Shown here: positions 23,088-35,660 of the stretch, one piece after another
Layout: each line of letters opens with the position of its first letter
Position numbering within the stretch: position 1 is the first letter of the stretch
From: Macrostomum lignano
Lineage: Eukaryota
NCBI GenBank assembly: GCA_002269645.1
Contig: NIVC01000958.1
Location: 62,001 to 126,000 of the forward strand
DNA length: 64,000 bases
Reading direction: 5' to 3'
The notes under the pieces: model-generated
What the model was told of the DNA's origin: nothing
The model's input: only the letters and a program-made list of their open reading frames with translations
Database searches by the model: none
Translations under genes and position numbers: made by a program

Positions 23088-24167
23088 GGAGCAAGGAAAG
23101 AGGGGAAAGGAGGAGAGAGGGGAGATTTTGATGAGAAAAGGAGAAGAAATTAGCAAAAAAGCTGAGAAGAGATGCAAACCTTGAGCGGGCTGGATTGTTA
23201 TTGGCATGGGAAGTTAGAAAGGACCCGAGGGCTGGATAGAGAGACTGCGGGCCGCATGTGGCCCGTGGGCTGGAGTTTGCTGACCCCTGCAGCCTGCAGT
23301 AGGCTATGCATGACGGGCCCAGTTAACTGCATAATGGCAAATAAGAGACATGGGAGATTGGAGATAGGAGACTGTCTCCCCTGTCTCCCCTTCATTTATC
23401 TCCCCGATTACGAGTAGGGCACAGTCACTCAGTCACATTTTGATAAGGAGGGATACATAGACATAGATATTTTCTCAGTTTTCATATTCAGAGGCGGTCA
23501 GAGCTCAAATGGGACAGGTCATGAATAAATAACAATCTAACCCCCGCCTTGTCATTTTTCCGGATGAATAAATCCACTGAATCATAAAGGTTTCAAAGTG
23601 CCTTTGCGTTCTCATGACAGTTTTTGCCACTCAATTATTCTAGTCTTACTGAATCCCCGAGTTAACAGAAAATTATAGCTCGGCGCACGTCCGCCAGCTT
23701 GAATATTCTCGCTATATTGTTCTCTATTTGCGATCGTCTTTTACAACCCGACATCAATAAAACCCGTGTGGGCTTTATCTCTCATTAACAGAAATCTCTC
23801 ATCAATTATAGCCTGTATAAAGCTTACTCATTTTGAGTTGCTCTTAGAAAAATGTTTTGAATTTCCTGGCCAGTGGCAATAACCCGTAATGACAGGGCAA
23901 TGCAAGGAATTATTTTAACCTAGAGGTGACAGCTAATTTTGGCCAATTCATTTCAGTTGGGTGGGGGGGGTTAGAAGAAAGGCTAGAGAAGTGATATGGG
24001 AATTTCTACGTTGTACCGTTCTTGCCTGCTTAAGCGAACCTATGCGAAACAAACAAACTGTCCTGACTCCTTATCAGTGCAGGTCATCAAGTTTTTTCTA
24101 TTCCCATATTGCACCAAAGATAAAGGAAGAACAAAGACGAATTTCGTGCGAGGCTTGACAAGGTCTG

Positions 24168-24170
<3 letters not shown>

Positions 24171-24226
<56 letters not shown>
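24171..24226. repeat. (TA)n microsatellite
   Basis: Direct reading. Confidence 0.95.
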
Positions 24227-24232
<6 letters not shown>

Positions 24233-26157
24233 GTTACAACCTAGCATAAACACATAAATACTTTGATACGGAAAGTATTGATTCGATCTGACCTAAAATA
24301 GGTGCCAGCAAAAGAAAGAAAATATTCATAGCATTTTATATGTGCTTAAAAGTAAAACCAGATGGTAACAGATGGAAATTACAGTTGTGCAGCTAGTTGA
24401 TTATTATCAATGGGATAAGTAAAATATTACAAAAATTCTGTTGGCTTGAATTGGAGGTAGGAATACTGTATACAATACCATTAGTATTTCATACTCGTAT
24501 ACTGGGGTTTAAGAAAATAAATCCCCCATTTCAGCCACATACAGCGGCATCACCTCCCACTAAGTTTCCGGCCCCTCCACCCCTCCTACACAGTTTTGAG
24601 CTAAATTACCCCTCCGGCCTCTATAACACCGAATTTTAAGCTGTACCTAATTCTAGGGTTCAAGAATGTAAACAATAAAGATAGAATCAATATAATCAGT
24701 CTCTAAAATAACTCCAGTTCATGAATGACCGATCGCCAGGCTTGTAGTAAACTCGTGAAACTGCGGATCCTAAAAGTAAAGATAAAATGGCAGTTGCGAT
24801 CGAGTATGCATCGTAATATACTAATATTTAACTCACAATCTACAATCATGTCTGCGTGTTGAAGCTGAGAACATATACAGGAAGAAATTGCAGAATTGCA
24901 GAATACAGGGAATACGAGAATCGAGATAGAAGGAAATCGGATTGATATAAAAAACCAGAGAAAGATATTTTTAGTACTCACTTGCGACTCACGCGTCCTA
25001 CATCAGGCCTCCTCGGAGTCACCTGTCAGAGGAATGACAAAAAAATGGCTTGCTGGATCCCTGTCCGCTCCAGCAAGATTGGCAAGCAGATTCGCAGGCA
25101 AAATCCAGCACTTTCGCTCAGGTGTGCCAGTTAGAACACCAGATGTCATCCTGTACAAGCCGATTCCCAGACGCAAAGATGGATATGGGTTGGCGTAGAT
25201 GTTGTCAACTGGGTGTAAAATCCTGCCAGTGACTTGATTAGCTTCACTTACAGCTTCGATTAGGACGCATACTTTGTCGATTATGCAACAATTATCACCT
25301 CGCTTTGTGCTGAATTTCAACGGTGGAATTCGCTGCTCATTCAACAGAAGATCGCGAACTCTGAGCACCTGCTTAACTGAATGCGCTGCCATGTGCCTTG
25401 TCACCTTTACGCGGCGCTTTACAGATCCAAGAAAGTTTTCGAAAGGGAAAGTCGAAAAGTTGTTTAAACTGCCTAGCTTTCGGACAAACTCATCCAAATG
25501 AAGAATAGTGTGAAGATTGAAACTTATAAACTTCTGGCCGTAAAGGTGGGCAGCCCGTTCAACAAAAACTTCAATGCAAGTTTTTGCCTGCGTCCACCAC
25601 TTGGAGTACCTTTCGTTGGAGTATGCGTAAATGGCGAAATGGAGGTAAAGAAAGTGGTTATACCTTTCTTCATTTAAAATGCCTTTGAAGAGGACAGGTC
25701 CTAGGTACAGCAAGTACTGTCTGAATTCAGTAGCCTTCATGTGCTTCAGTTCCAAGTCGATTTTCCGGGGTCTTCGTTGAAAGTTTGAAGGTGTCCAACC
25801 GGCAGCCATAGTAATTCGGTCGCCCAATAGGCTCATCGGACCGGGATAGACGAGACACTTCTTGCCATTAGATTTGTCGAAAAATAGGTAAAATAGCTTC
25901 CTTGTGACTCCAAGGCATACGGCATGCTGGTAGTCAGGGGGAAAAGCATCGACAAAACTAATGTTAGGCAAATTTAGAAGGGGCGATAGAGCGATTTTTT
26001 TATTTTCCTGGTTAGACTCCTTTCCCTCTCGGTATTGTTGGCTGCTACGAGACTCCCCGACGCTCGTTGAAAATGTTACTCTGTTGTCGGTATAAGGTCC
26101 AGTAGCCCTGCAGTACATGCAACCGACGTACGACATGTGCCCTTGAGTTACTGAGAC

Positions 26158-28051
26158 CGCGGACCCCGGGATTATAAGCAACTGGACTGGAAGGCTAAAA
26201 ATAACCCATACCACAAGGGGGCATTAGTTTCCTACACAGCTTATCTGCAGAGGGGCATGAATTGCTAACACAAATCACATAAATGCACTGGATCGAACAG
26301 CAAAAAAACAGGCTGTCCAGTTACTTCATCCATGAAGCAAGGGTTGAAGTTGTTGCCGCACAGGCCTCTGACAAACTTGCGGTTCACTGCGGCATTATCA
26401 ACGCACACTGCACAAACGGTGAAATTCAACTTTCTTAAGACACTCATCGCCTGGTGAAACCATTCTGTAAGTTTCTTCGCAGTCAATGTTGCAACGGCAT
26501 GCATCGCAATCATGTCCTTGTATTGACTCGCTACAGAGCGGATCATGAAGCAGCAGAGTGTCTTTGCTGTAGCTCCATCTGCATCCAGTCCATTCAACTG
26601 ACCATTGTTGTACTCAACCCGATTGGCAATGTAGATCTCATCGATCGCAAGGACGACAACTTTCTCAACTTGTTCAAGCTTAGATGCCCGAAGTTTAAGA
26701 TAGCCTTCGTTATCCAGACCTACCTTAGAACCAACTCTAGCTGTGATGGACCTCAAAGTGCGATCAGATGGCAGACAAAGTGCCTCCTGCTCCAGCATGG
26801 TCTTGTATGCAGCGGCACTGATTGAGTAAATTAAATACGCAAAAACGAGAAGCTCCTGCGAGTACCTGCGAGCAGAGGCTGGCTTCCTACTCAACTTCAA
26901 TTGCTCCAAAGCAAAGCTCACCGTTCGGTTATCTGCCAGCTCTTCCACCTCTTCTAACAGGTCTTCAGCCATATCCAGCAGATGCGAAACTTTATCGTCA
27001 GACTCGGCCGTATCCTCCTTCAAAATCTTGATTCTCGACATGATGTTAACAAGCTGGCTAAGGGTCGAGACCTTGCCATTAGTCAACAGATCGACAAACC
27101 TATTCATCTTCAGAGGCAATCCACGGAATCCAAATGTGACGGTGAGGTCTTCAGCCAAGCAAATATAGCACGCAACATGAAAATTGGGCTCCATCTCAAG
27201 CATGTAAATGCACAGCTTGCCGTCACACAGAGAGAATTGAAAACCTGCTGGCTTACTCTCCTCCTGATCAAGTCTGGAGCGCACGTCGTGTAGGCTGCAA
27301 TCAGCAATTGAGTCGGCTTCCTGAAAGGTGTCGATGCTGCTTTGCAGGGCACTGAGTTCCCGCTCCAGACGTTCAGAAGAAGTCGCCGCTGTTGATCTCT
27401 GCGGCTTTTTTTCAGAGGACAGGTAGGATGGAGCGTTGGGAAAGATGGACGGCACAGCCCCTTGTTTCAAAAGGCGTCTTAGTAGTTGCTCCTTGCTCTT
27501 CTTACGTGCGACGTTTGTATCCATGGAAGTCGTCCGGATGAAAATGTTTGGAGCAAATCCTTGAGCTTTTTGTTGGCTCAAACTCCTGACTTGGGTTGGC
27601 TCGCTTCCACTTTTCCAGAAGCGGGTCCTTCCATGGAAAACTATGGAAGCTGACTCCTGCGACAGTTCCATTTGCTCGATTTGAGCATCCGTACGCTGAG
27701 CAAGCCTTCACCATTAGTCGTCTTCACTCTCAGAGTCGATCAGACAATTATGAGTGCTAGTTAGCAAAAACAAGGAGAGATCGTTTTTAGGACATGCTGT
27801 ACAGTGCAGCGATTCTTGTAGTCCACTATAGGCCACAACCCCGGCCGAAATACGAACAGGGACGAATTGGAATGTACATTGTAGAGAGAGCTTTTTAGTG
27901 TACAACGAAAGCTTTCCTTCCCTCGTGGAACAAACACCCCAAGCCCCCAACTGGGGGACAGAAGGGAGAAGCAGTGCCCCCCTGTGGTATAGGGTGGAAA
28001 ATAAAATTATCTCTCCTTCCAGTCCAGTTGCTTATAATCCCGGGGTCCGCG
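26158..28051 (-). mobile_element. P-superfamily (THAP) DNA transposon, internally deleted
   Basis: Perfect 37-bp TIRs (26158-26194, 28015-28051) and 7-bp TSD CTGAGAC (26151-26157, 28052-28058). An extra subterminal inverted motif ATACCACA.GGGGGCA is present. Confidence 0.92.
26265..27714 (-). pseudogene. THAP domain + truncated P-element/THAP9-like transposase
   Basis: CSAYGC..FHSFP..W..ICSKHF (THAP), then a frameshift, AVPSIF, LPSDRTL, DEIYI, VDNA and FDPVHL, followed by an abrupt stop. Confidence 0.88.
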
Positions 28052-29295
28052 CTGAGACCCAGGCTCGAGCAGGCGCATCGCAAACAAATCGGATAGTCGA
28101 GAAGCTGATGCTTAAATTTTCGATAATTTTTATTGGACCCGTAAGAAAACGTTTAGCCTCGTCGCAAAATTGTCGAAGATAATCATTCAGAGGTGGCTTG
28201 CCACAACCAGCCCATACGGCTACTGGAAAAGGTCTGCTGAATATGCTGGGAATAGACATAAGTATGGGCCAAAGACCGAAGTGGCTTGCTCGGTACAAAG
28301 GCAAGCCGTCAAAATTAACGATGGCTTCAATTTTGTAAACCTTCTCAGTTTCACTATCGTGTTGTAGATATTCTGGCTTCATGTGCAGCTGGTTTTTGCG
28401 AAACATTAGTTCTAGATTTTTCAGAATCGAAATGTAGCGAAAATGGCCTTTTCCCATGGGCTCCAATTTTTCCGTTGGATCGCCAGCATTGATGACGGCC
28501 TCAATAGAGTTGACAGACTTCGGCGCAGGCAAGCCTATGTCTCTTAGACCATCAACAAGGAATTTTTTAGATCCACGACTTAGGTTGAAACAAGAAAAGT
28601 AGACTACCAGCAAGGCGAATATTTTATCTTCTAAAGAGCGGTCATCCTCTTTCTTGTCAATCTCCTCATCTTCATCGCTGCAAACTCGCGCGAACTCGTC
28701 AAAATCAGGATAGCTGCCATTGTCGTTGTCAAGATCTGGATCCGTACCTTCATTGACTTCTGCTACAGAGGACTCCGAAGCGATGAAACCGGCGACTCTC
28801 CCAGAATCATCTGCTTCGAATACTTTTCTTTTTTTCTCTTGCAGTGCGATGTCTTCCAAAGCTTCTTGTTCTCCTTCCATGAACAAGCCCAGCAAATCCT
28901 TATTTGCTTGTCGCCTCAATTGCCTTGTCATTGTTTTCGTCCGAATCAGACTTTGATGATAGTTGACTGTTGTAATAATAATAAAGTAATTACTACGATT
29001 GCTTATTTCGTATTAAAGAAAGGATATGAACAAAAGCTGGGAAGAATTGAAAACTATTCCTTTGGGGGTTTGTGCGCGCTGATTGGACAGGTATGGATGC
29101 GGGGACGGTAGGGCCAATGAAATTGGAAAAGCCAGGGCGGCCTTTTTCATTCGAAGAACTATAGAAGACAATTGCTTCTAGAAGCAACCTAAACCACTGA
29201 ATCATTAAATAAGCATAAACTATAGTGTGAGCTCCAAACTCTTGCTTTATTTGGTACTCAGTTTTGCACTAGCATAGTCTAGTCTGCATGCTACA

Positions 29296-32257
29296 ATGAA
29301 GTTTTTAGTGATCTTTAAAGACGACCGTCAAATTGTTGAGGTCTCGGAAAGCGAAGTGAAGCTTCCTGAAGGCTTTCAAAACCTTAAGGAAGAGGAATGG
29401 TTAGAAAAGAGGGACTCCACTGAGAAGTGGAAGTGTGAAGCCTTGTATGAAGGCTGTTTTTACTCTGCTCTAATTATTCAGGTAAGCAACCGATCCCAAC
29501 GATTGAAATGTTAAAATTCTTGAATCGATCTAATATTTGTACGCTCATATTTTCTCATTAATTTAAAGGTAATACTAAGCAACAACCTAGAGCCTGGGAG
29601 CTTCCGCTTTGTGCGTGAATTGGTGGCCAAAAAGACCCGACTGAACCGAATTCTCGAGTTGGTTCAACCCAGAGTCTTTCAGGAGCGTGACATGAAGAAA
29701 GCACGAAGGCATTACCAGACTAAGGTAAAATTAAGCACAGCCCATATAATTTTTATCGAGAACTTTGTTTTCTCCGTTTTACCTTTTAAACTATTTTTTA
29801 AGAAAAGGGAAGAAATTAAATGTGAAAATAATCTTTAAAACTGACATTAACTTGATAATTTCTCATGCCGTAACCATCCCAAACAGAATCTGTCAGACGG
29901 CTCAGCCACCGATTCCGAGGCAATCTTCGAAGATAAGAGCAGCCGCTGTTTGCAACCTCCAGCTTTGCTGCCTAAACAACATCCGCCTACGATTGCACAG
30001 TTAGCGCCAATGCCTCCTATTAGTGATGATGAAGCAGAAGCTGGCGTAGACGCCGATATGGAAGCTGAGGCGGAAGCTGAGGCGGAAGCTGAAGTGGAAG
30101 CTGAGGCGGAAGCTGAAGTGGAAGCTGAGGCGGAAGCTGAAGCGGAAGATGAGGTGGAAGCTGAGATCGGAGCTGAGGTGGAAGCTGAGATGGGAGCTGA
30201 GGCGGAAGCTGAGGCGGAAGCTGAGGTGGAAGCTGAGATGGGAGCTGAGGTGGAAGCTGAGGCGGAAGCTGAAATAGAAGCTGAGTTCGTAGCAGATGAT
30301 CGATCGACGATTCCTAAGTCGCCTCCCACCATTTCATCTTTTAATTTTGGTTCTGGCTTTCTTAGAAAACTAGAAGAGCAGATCCAAGCCGGTGTTAGCT
30401 TTGAGCTGGAAAGTCCAAGAGGCATCAAGTTTCTGTCCTTATATGCCCTACGCGAACTTACTATGCGCAAGAATGAATTGAAAGCATTAGAAAATAGTTT
30501 GACCAAACAAATCACCGCAATGCGCACTGAAGTGCAGAGCGTGCTACGCTTTTTGGAACCTGTTGGCGCTGACATTCCAACTGATAATTCTGAGCCTTCA
30601 TTCTGGCCGATCAACTCCTGGGAAAAATATGTGCAATTCGCTTCCAGTCCAAATGAACATATTTCTACTTTGGTAAGTTCATGACAGAGTTTTTTATTTT
30701 CTTTTCATTAGAAGAAATGCTCTAACTACTACTCAAAGCGCACTAGTACTATCACTGAAATAATAATCTATAAGTATTCTCACCTGTAAAAATCTAAACA
30801 GAAGAGCCTGCTACGTTCATGCAAGCGAGACAAGTGGTCCGATGCTTTAATGGCAATGCTTAACGAGAGCTTGTCGAAAGAGATGCAGGCGGTTATTAAT
30901 TTAATCGGGTCAGACATGCGAAGCCGAGCTGTTGCTGCTGGAGTTGCGACCAACCTTACTGATGCGCAGCTTGGATTTCAGAGCACTCTGCTCAGCCATT
31001 TCCAAAGTAAGTCTACTTAATCAACGTTCAATGAGACTTTTAGAGCTAAATATCAAGAAATTAGTCGAGCACAGTGCATGCTATTCATAGTAACTTTCAA
31101 CTTTTTTCCTAACAGAAGCAATCACATTCATCTATGGCGCGACCGCTGAAGCCGGCAGGCCCTCTGAACAATCTGTAAGAAATACTTGCAGACAGCAGCT
31201 AAAGCATGGCGGTGACCGATTAAAGGGGCGGTCGCATCGCACAGGAAGCCAGCTGCTTTCCGGAGTCCAGACTCAAAGCCCCGCTTCTGACAGCGCCGTA
31301 CAAAGACAGTCTCTGGTGGCAGCGACTCCAAGCCCCGCTTCTGGCAGCGCCGTACAAAGACAGTCTCTGGTGGCAGCGACTCAAAGTCCCGCTTCTGGCA
31401 GCGCCGTACAAAGACAGTCTCTGGTGGCAGCGACTCCAAGCCCCGCTTCTGGCAGCGCCGTACAAAGACAGTCTCTGGTGGCAGCGACTCCAAGCCCCGC
31501 TTCTGGCAGCGCCGTACAAAGACAGTCTCTGGTGGCAGCGACTCAAAGTCCCGCTTCTGGCAGCGCCGTACAAAGACAGTCTCTGGTGGCAGCGACTCCA
31601 AGCCCCGCTTCTGGCAGCGCCGTAAAAAGACAGTCTCTGGTGGCAGCGACTCCAAGCCCCGCTTCTGGCAGCGCCGTGCAAAGACGGTCTTTGGTGGCAG
31701 CGACTCAAAGTCCCGCTTCTGGCAGCGCTGTGCAAAGACGATCTCTGGTGGCAGCGACTCAAAGTCCCGCTTCTGGCAGCGCCGTGCAAAGACGGTCTTT
31801 GGTGGCAGCGACTCAAAGTCCCGCTTCTGGCAGCGCCGTGCAAAGACACAGCCATTCATCTTCTTTTTCCCTAGTGAGTAAAAACGTATCTAAACTGAAT
31901 AATGAACGATGAATACTATGATTGCTAAGCATTAAATACTACTATCAGTAAGATAAAATGTGCATGCAGTAATTTTTTGTTTTCTTTCCAATGTCACAGA
32001 CACCATCGCGACTATCAGCGGGAGAAGTGCCGCCAGCGGCGACAGCAAAGCCGAGCTCCCAATCCAGAAAGCGAGCGAGTATTCAGTTGGATTCTCAGCC
32101 TCGAAAGCGGAACAACCATCGCCCCCGTTCAGCAAAGTCAAAAACCAACTACCGCACTGACTGCTCTCTCGAATCTGATGACGAAACCGAATCAAGTGGA
32201 TCAAACTGGTCCGAAGATCAGCGAGAGCTGGATGATGGACAATTTAAAATCTTCTAA
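29296..32257 (+). CDS. CACTA accessory ORF2 (spliced; DUF4806-like region plus repeats)
   Basis: Exons ~29296-29481, 29569-29723, 29888-30672, 30802-31006, 31116-31873, 31998-32257 with GT-AG boundaries. QQLKHGGDR resembles the DUF4806 W/L..A.DR motif (inference). Contains an EAEA tract and 18-aa repeats. Confidence 0.65.
31291..31847 (+). repeat. 54-bp coding tandem repeat, ~10 copies ([18 protein letters not shown])
   Basis: Direct reading; in frame within an ORF2 exon. Confidence 0.9.
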
Positions 32258-33696
32258 TTATGAGAGCACGTATTTTACGAGTAAATGCTGTCAAAATGAT
32301 TTTAAAACTGACATTCTTTCAACACCTTTGTTGCCAAAAACTTAACTATTTTTCGTTCTAATATTGTGTTTTAATATCAGTTCCATTTAACTTCGCTAAA
32401 TAAATTCAAATTTCATTACATTTAAGTTTCTTATTCGATTTCATTCATAGACTCAAACTAATTTTCTAAAGAACTGCAAAAAAATTTACAAAAGGCAAAC
32501 TTCGTAAGCAGGTAGCAGCAAGGTTGTTTAAATTTATAATGGAAGAGACAATTGCTTAAAAAAATCGGATGGCTCTGAAAATTATTTGGAAATAAATTCA
32601 ATTTTGAAACAACCAGAAAGCTAGGCTGCTGCCAGAGCAAAATATATCAGTAAAAGCCCTGCATACTACTGTTAGTAGAGTAAACCAATTCTTGCCTTAA
32701 TTTATTGGGCAGTCCACCGGGCGCCGGGTATAAGGCCGGCGCCCCGACTGGACAAAGAGTGCGCCCCGCTACCGGCCACAGGCCACCGGGCGCCGCGGTC
32801 TGCGCACCCTTGGGCGTACCAGAATTTCCCACTGGGTTCGTTCTTTGCACTTTTGCCGTTCAGTTTATTTCTTCACTGTACTGATTAGAATTGCTCAAGC
32901 CTCGGCGCTATGCATACTCAATTCCAAGGAAGTGTGCTTAGATAGATTCTTCAGTTATATATGTTTAGCCAAAGCTACACTATTTATTTCGATAGGAGAT
33001 TGAGTATGCGCAAATAATTATTTATGAAAAAGACGAAACTGTAAAAATGATTATATAATTTGCTTAGTAAAAATGAAACAATTTAAAGATAGCCCTTGTA
33101 AATTGAAAAAAAAGCGAATGCGTTAAGATATCACAGCAACAGCAGCAAGTTATTACTATAGATAATAAGCAGTATACTCGTAACTAAGTAATGAGTGAAG
33201 CTATTTTAAAAAGCACTTTAAATATTCATTTGCTTGGAATATTCTCGTAGATAGTATCGACTACCAGCCTGAATCACAAATAAATTTATTAGGGAAGAGC
33301 CCCGGCTAGGGCTGATACGCTATATACTTAAAAAAGAAAAAAAGAAAGTATCGAAAATAGTTCAAAACAGGATAAAACTTGTAAAATAAAGGTTAGAGTA
33401 CAAAAATATCACAGAGGACAAATGAAGTATGCTCGCACTTCAACCTTTTTGCCGAACGCAAGCATACTGTCTCAAATCAAACAAATAATATTTACTTATT
33501 TCAAGAAAAAGATTCTCAATTTTCAAAGGAAAATTGAATGCTTTGCAATTTGAAATGAGGTTAGAAATGAAAAATTGGCAAATGCAGATGAAAATGAAAA
33601 ATCATTTCAGAAAACATAAGCAAACATAATTCGTTTCCACATCTCGCGGCTCAACTCTCAGATTATGAATGTTGCAGCGTCATCTTCAACGCTTTT

Positions 33697-35660
33697 TTAC
33701 ACACTATTTGAGTCACTTCCGTTCGCCTCTCGCCCTGTATCTGCTGTCTCGAGCAAACGTGAAGCATGATTCAGATTCCTGCATGGCGGTTTCTTTCTGC
33801 TCTTGCGAGTACGCAAGTACAGAACTGCACCGATTGTAAGAGCCGCAAAAATTCCAAGAGAAATCCCCAAAACAAGAGGAAACATGTTTCCTTTTCTTTC
33901 CAGATGGCCAAATTGGGATGTATCGCGGATAAACTTCAGAACTTCTTCGCTGCACTGTCCGTTGCAATCTTTGCGACTTGCCGGAGTCTCTGGAAAGCTG
34001 ATGAGTGACAGCATCGGCTGGCTGCAATTGTCGAACTCAACAACTACTTTGCCTGACGAATTCAGTCTTAGCGTGCCGCAGAGTCCTTGGTTGGAGCTGG
34101 CTCTGGAAATGTCATTGGTATACTACTGTCAGTATCGATAAAAGGAAGCAAATCGTCTCGGTTTGGCCTAAAGTCCCACGAAATCCCAAAAATTTGTCCC
34201 CCATTTATCTCCTGATAACCTGACTTACTCCTGCATAGCTATAGTCAACTCATCCAACAAGTTATCCATTTCAGTTAACTTAATTAGCTGTATATTTGAG
34301 GTCTATTTATGTAATGTCTGCTCTTCCAATCTCTTCAATTCAAGTAGCTAACTTTAAACGTCTTGCTAGTTGCTAGTCACCTCTACTTGCTTACTACTTT
34401 AGCTTGCGATTATAAATGGACATACGCTCGTAAGTTCATTAGACAAAGCTCTCGCAACTGCAATGATTATAATAGTGAAAGTTCTCACATGAATTCCTCC
34501 GAATTGAGAACAGGCTGGAGCAGACAGCCGCTCCCAGTTTTCGCCAAGTAGTACACGGAACTGTTGACTGGTCTGTGAAACAGTCCAAAGCGGATTTTCT
34601 GGTTAAGGTTCAGCGGTCTGGTGAATGGATATTTCTTTTCTCTGGCTGCGTCTAAAATGGAAACAGATGAAATATTCAATCGGCCATGGTTTAAATCGGA
34701 TAAGCGTGATTGTATAAACATTTTTAGAATCATTTTTTCATACTGGCAGCAACGAACTCGCTGATCTCAGCCAGGCTGGAGAAGCTGGCCAGCTGAGCAT
34801 CGCCTCCGATGCCGGAAATGAACGCTGGTAAACTCTGGCGGTTGGCGCTGATTGCGTAGCAACTACCCCGAAAGCTGAGCATGTCACGGCTGCAGAACCC
34901 AGGTAGGGGAGTTAGCACCCTCAGCTTTGTGGTGCCTATTGAGGCGGCGCTTTTTGATATTGCAGAAACTGACTCGAAGGTTTGCCTGAAACAGAATCAA
35001 TTTGATGAGGCGCTCAAGTATACCACCAAGCATCATGAAATATCCTGTCAGCTTTTCAAAAGTGTATAATTACTTACGAGTTTGAAATTGTGAGCACCTC
35101 GAACAGACCCTGTTTAACCGTCCGCAGACTGCTTGAGTTGATGACGTTGCACATTCCATCTGAATTCGAGATATTAAAAGCGTAACTTTGCTAGATTAAA
35201 ATAAGTTTACTTAAGTAATTACTTATCTAAGCTAAACTGTGACTTACTGTCGCTGCTGCCAGACCTATGCAGTTGGTACCGCATCTCCATGCCTGTTCCA
35301 CTCTCTCCTGACAGTCCCTGCAACACCAGCCGCTTGGGGGCCGGCAGGCTTTTGAACATCAGTCGCCAGTTGCACTGATCAGGCATTCGTCCATCCACTG
35401 CGGATGCAATCAGCCGCTCGTCCTGATGGCTGCGAGCCGTGAGGTCGACTTCTAACTCGTAGCCATTCGGACAGAAATGATCGCCAGCTTTCGAGCTGCA
35501 ATACGGTATTGAATTTGCAAGCTGAACTTTGAAACCTCAATAAATGGCCTTGTGTCTATACATTGTGCCCAAAAATGTGTCTAATAGCACCTTACCGATT
35601 TTCCAGACAGATTATGCAAGCGAAAAACAGTTGCAAGCTTCTCCACTTAGTGAAGAACAT
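33697..35660 (-). CDS. Receptor paralogue R2 (signal / CUB-like / atypical CTLD / TM), compact and apparently intact
   Basis: Signal exon MFFTKWRSLQLFFACIIVSGKS; CSSKAGDHFCPNGYELEVDLTARSHQDERL..CNWRL; FCSRDMLSFRGSCYAIS; YPFTRPLNL; TM exon 33697-34102 (LVLGISLGIFAALTIGAVLYL). Confidence 0.8.

Larger units (their letters stand above)
25003..28931 (-). pseudogene. EnSpm/CACTA transposase interrupted by a THAP/P element
   Basis: 5' half (28052-28931): FDGLPL, LWPIL, GKPP, CDAPARA. 3' half (25003-26150): GHMSYVGCMYC, DYQHAVCLG, KATEFR, FNLHTILHL, FPFENFLG. Removing the insert plus one TSD copy gives 2028 nt, a continuous 675-aa ORF. Confidence 0.92.
20919..32836. mobile_element. EnSpm/CACTA (CMC) DNA transposon, 11.9 kb, carrying nested elements
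   Basis: Termini CCCAGTGG (20919) / CCACTGGG (32836) with 2-bp TSD TT. Subterminal motifs GGGCGTACC and GGCCGGCGCCCC occur at both ends. Contains a transposase and a divergent spliced ORF2. Confidence 0.85.

Noticed and set aside
22692-23289. Outer hAT/Charlie-like MITE enclosing the 22900-23087 element
   Set aside because: The right end (..GCTGACCCCTG) is typical, but the left TIR is degenerate and there is no TSD; not supportable as a defined feature.
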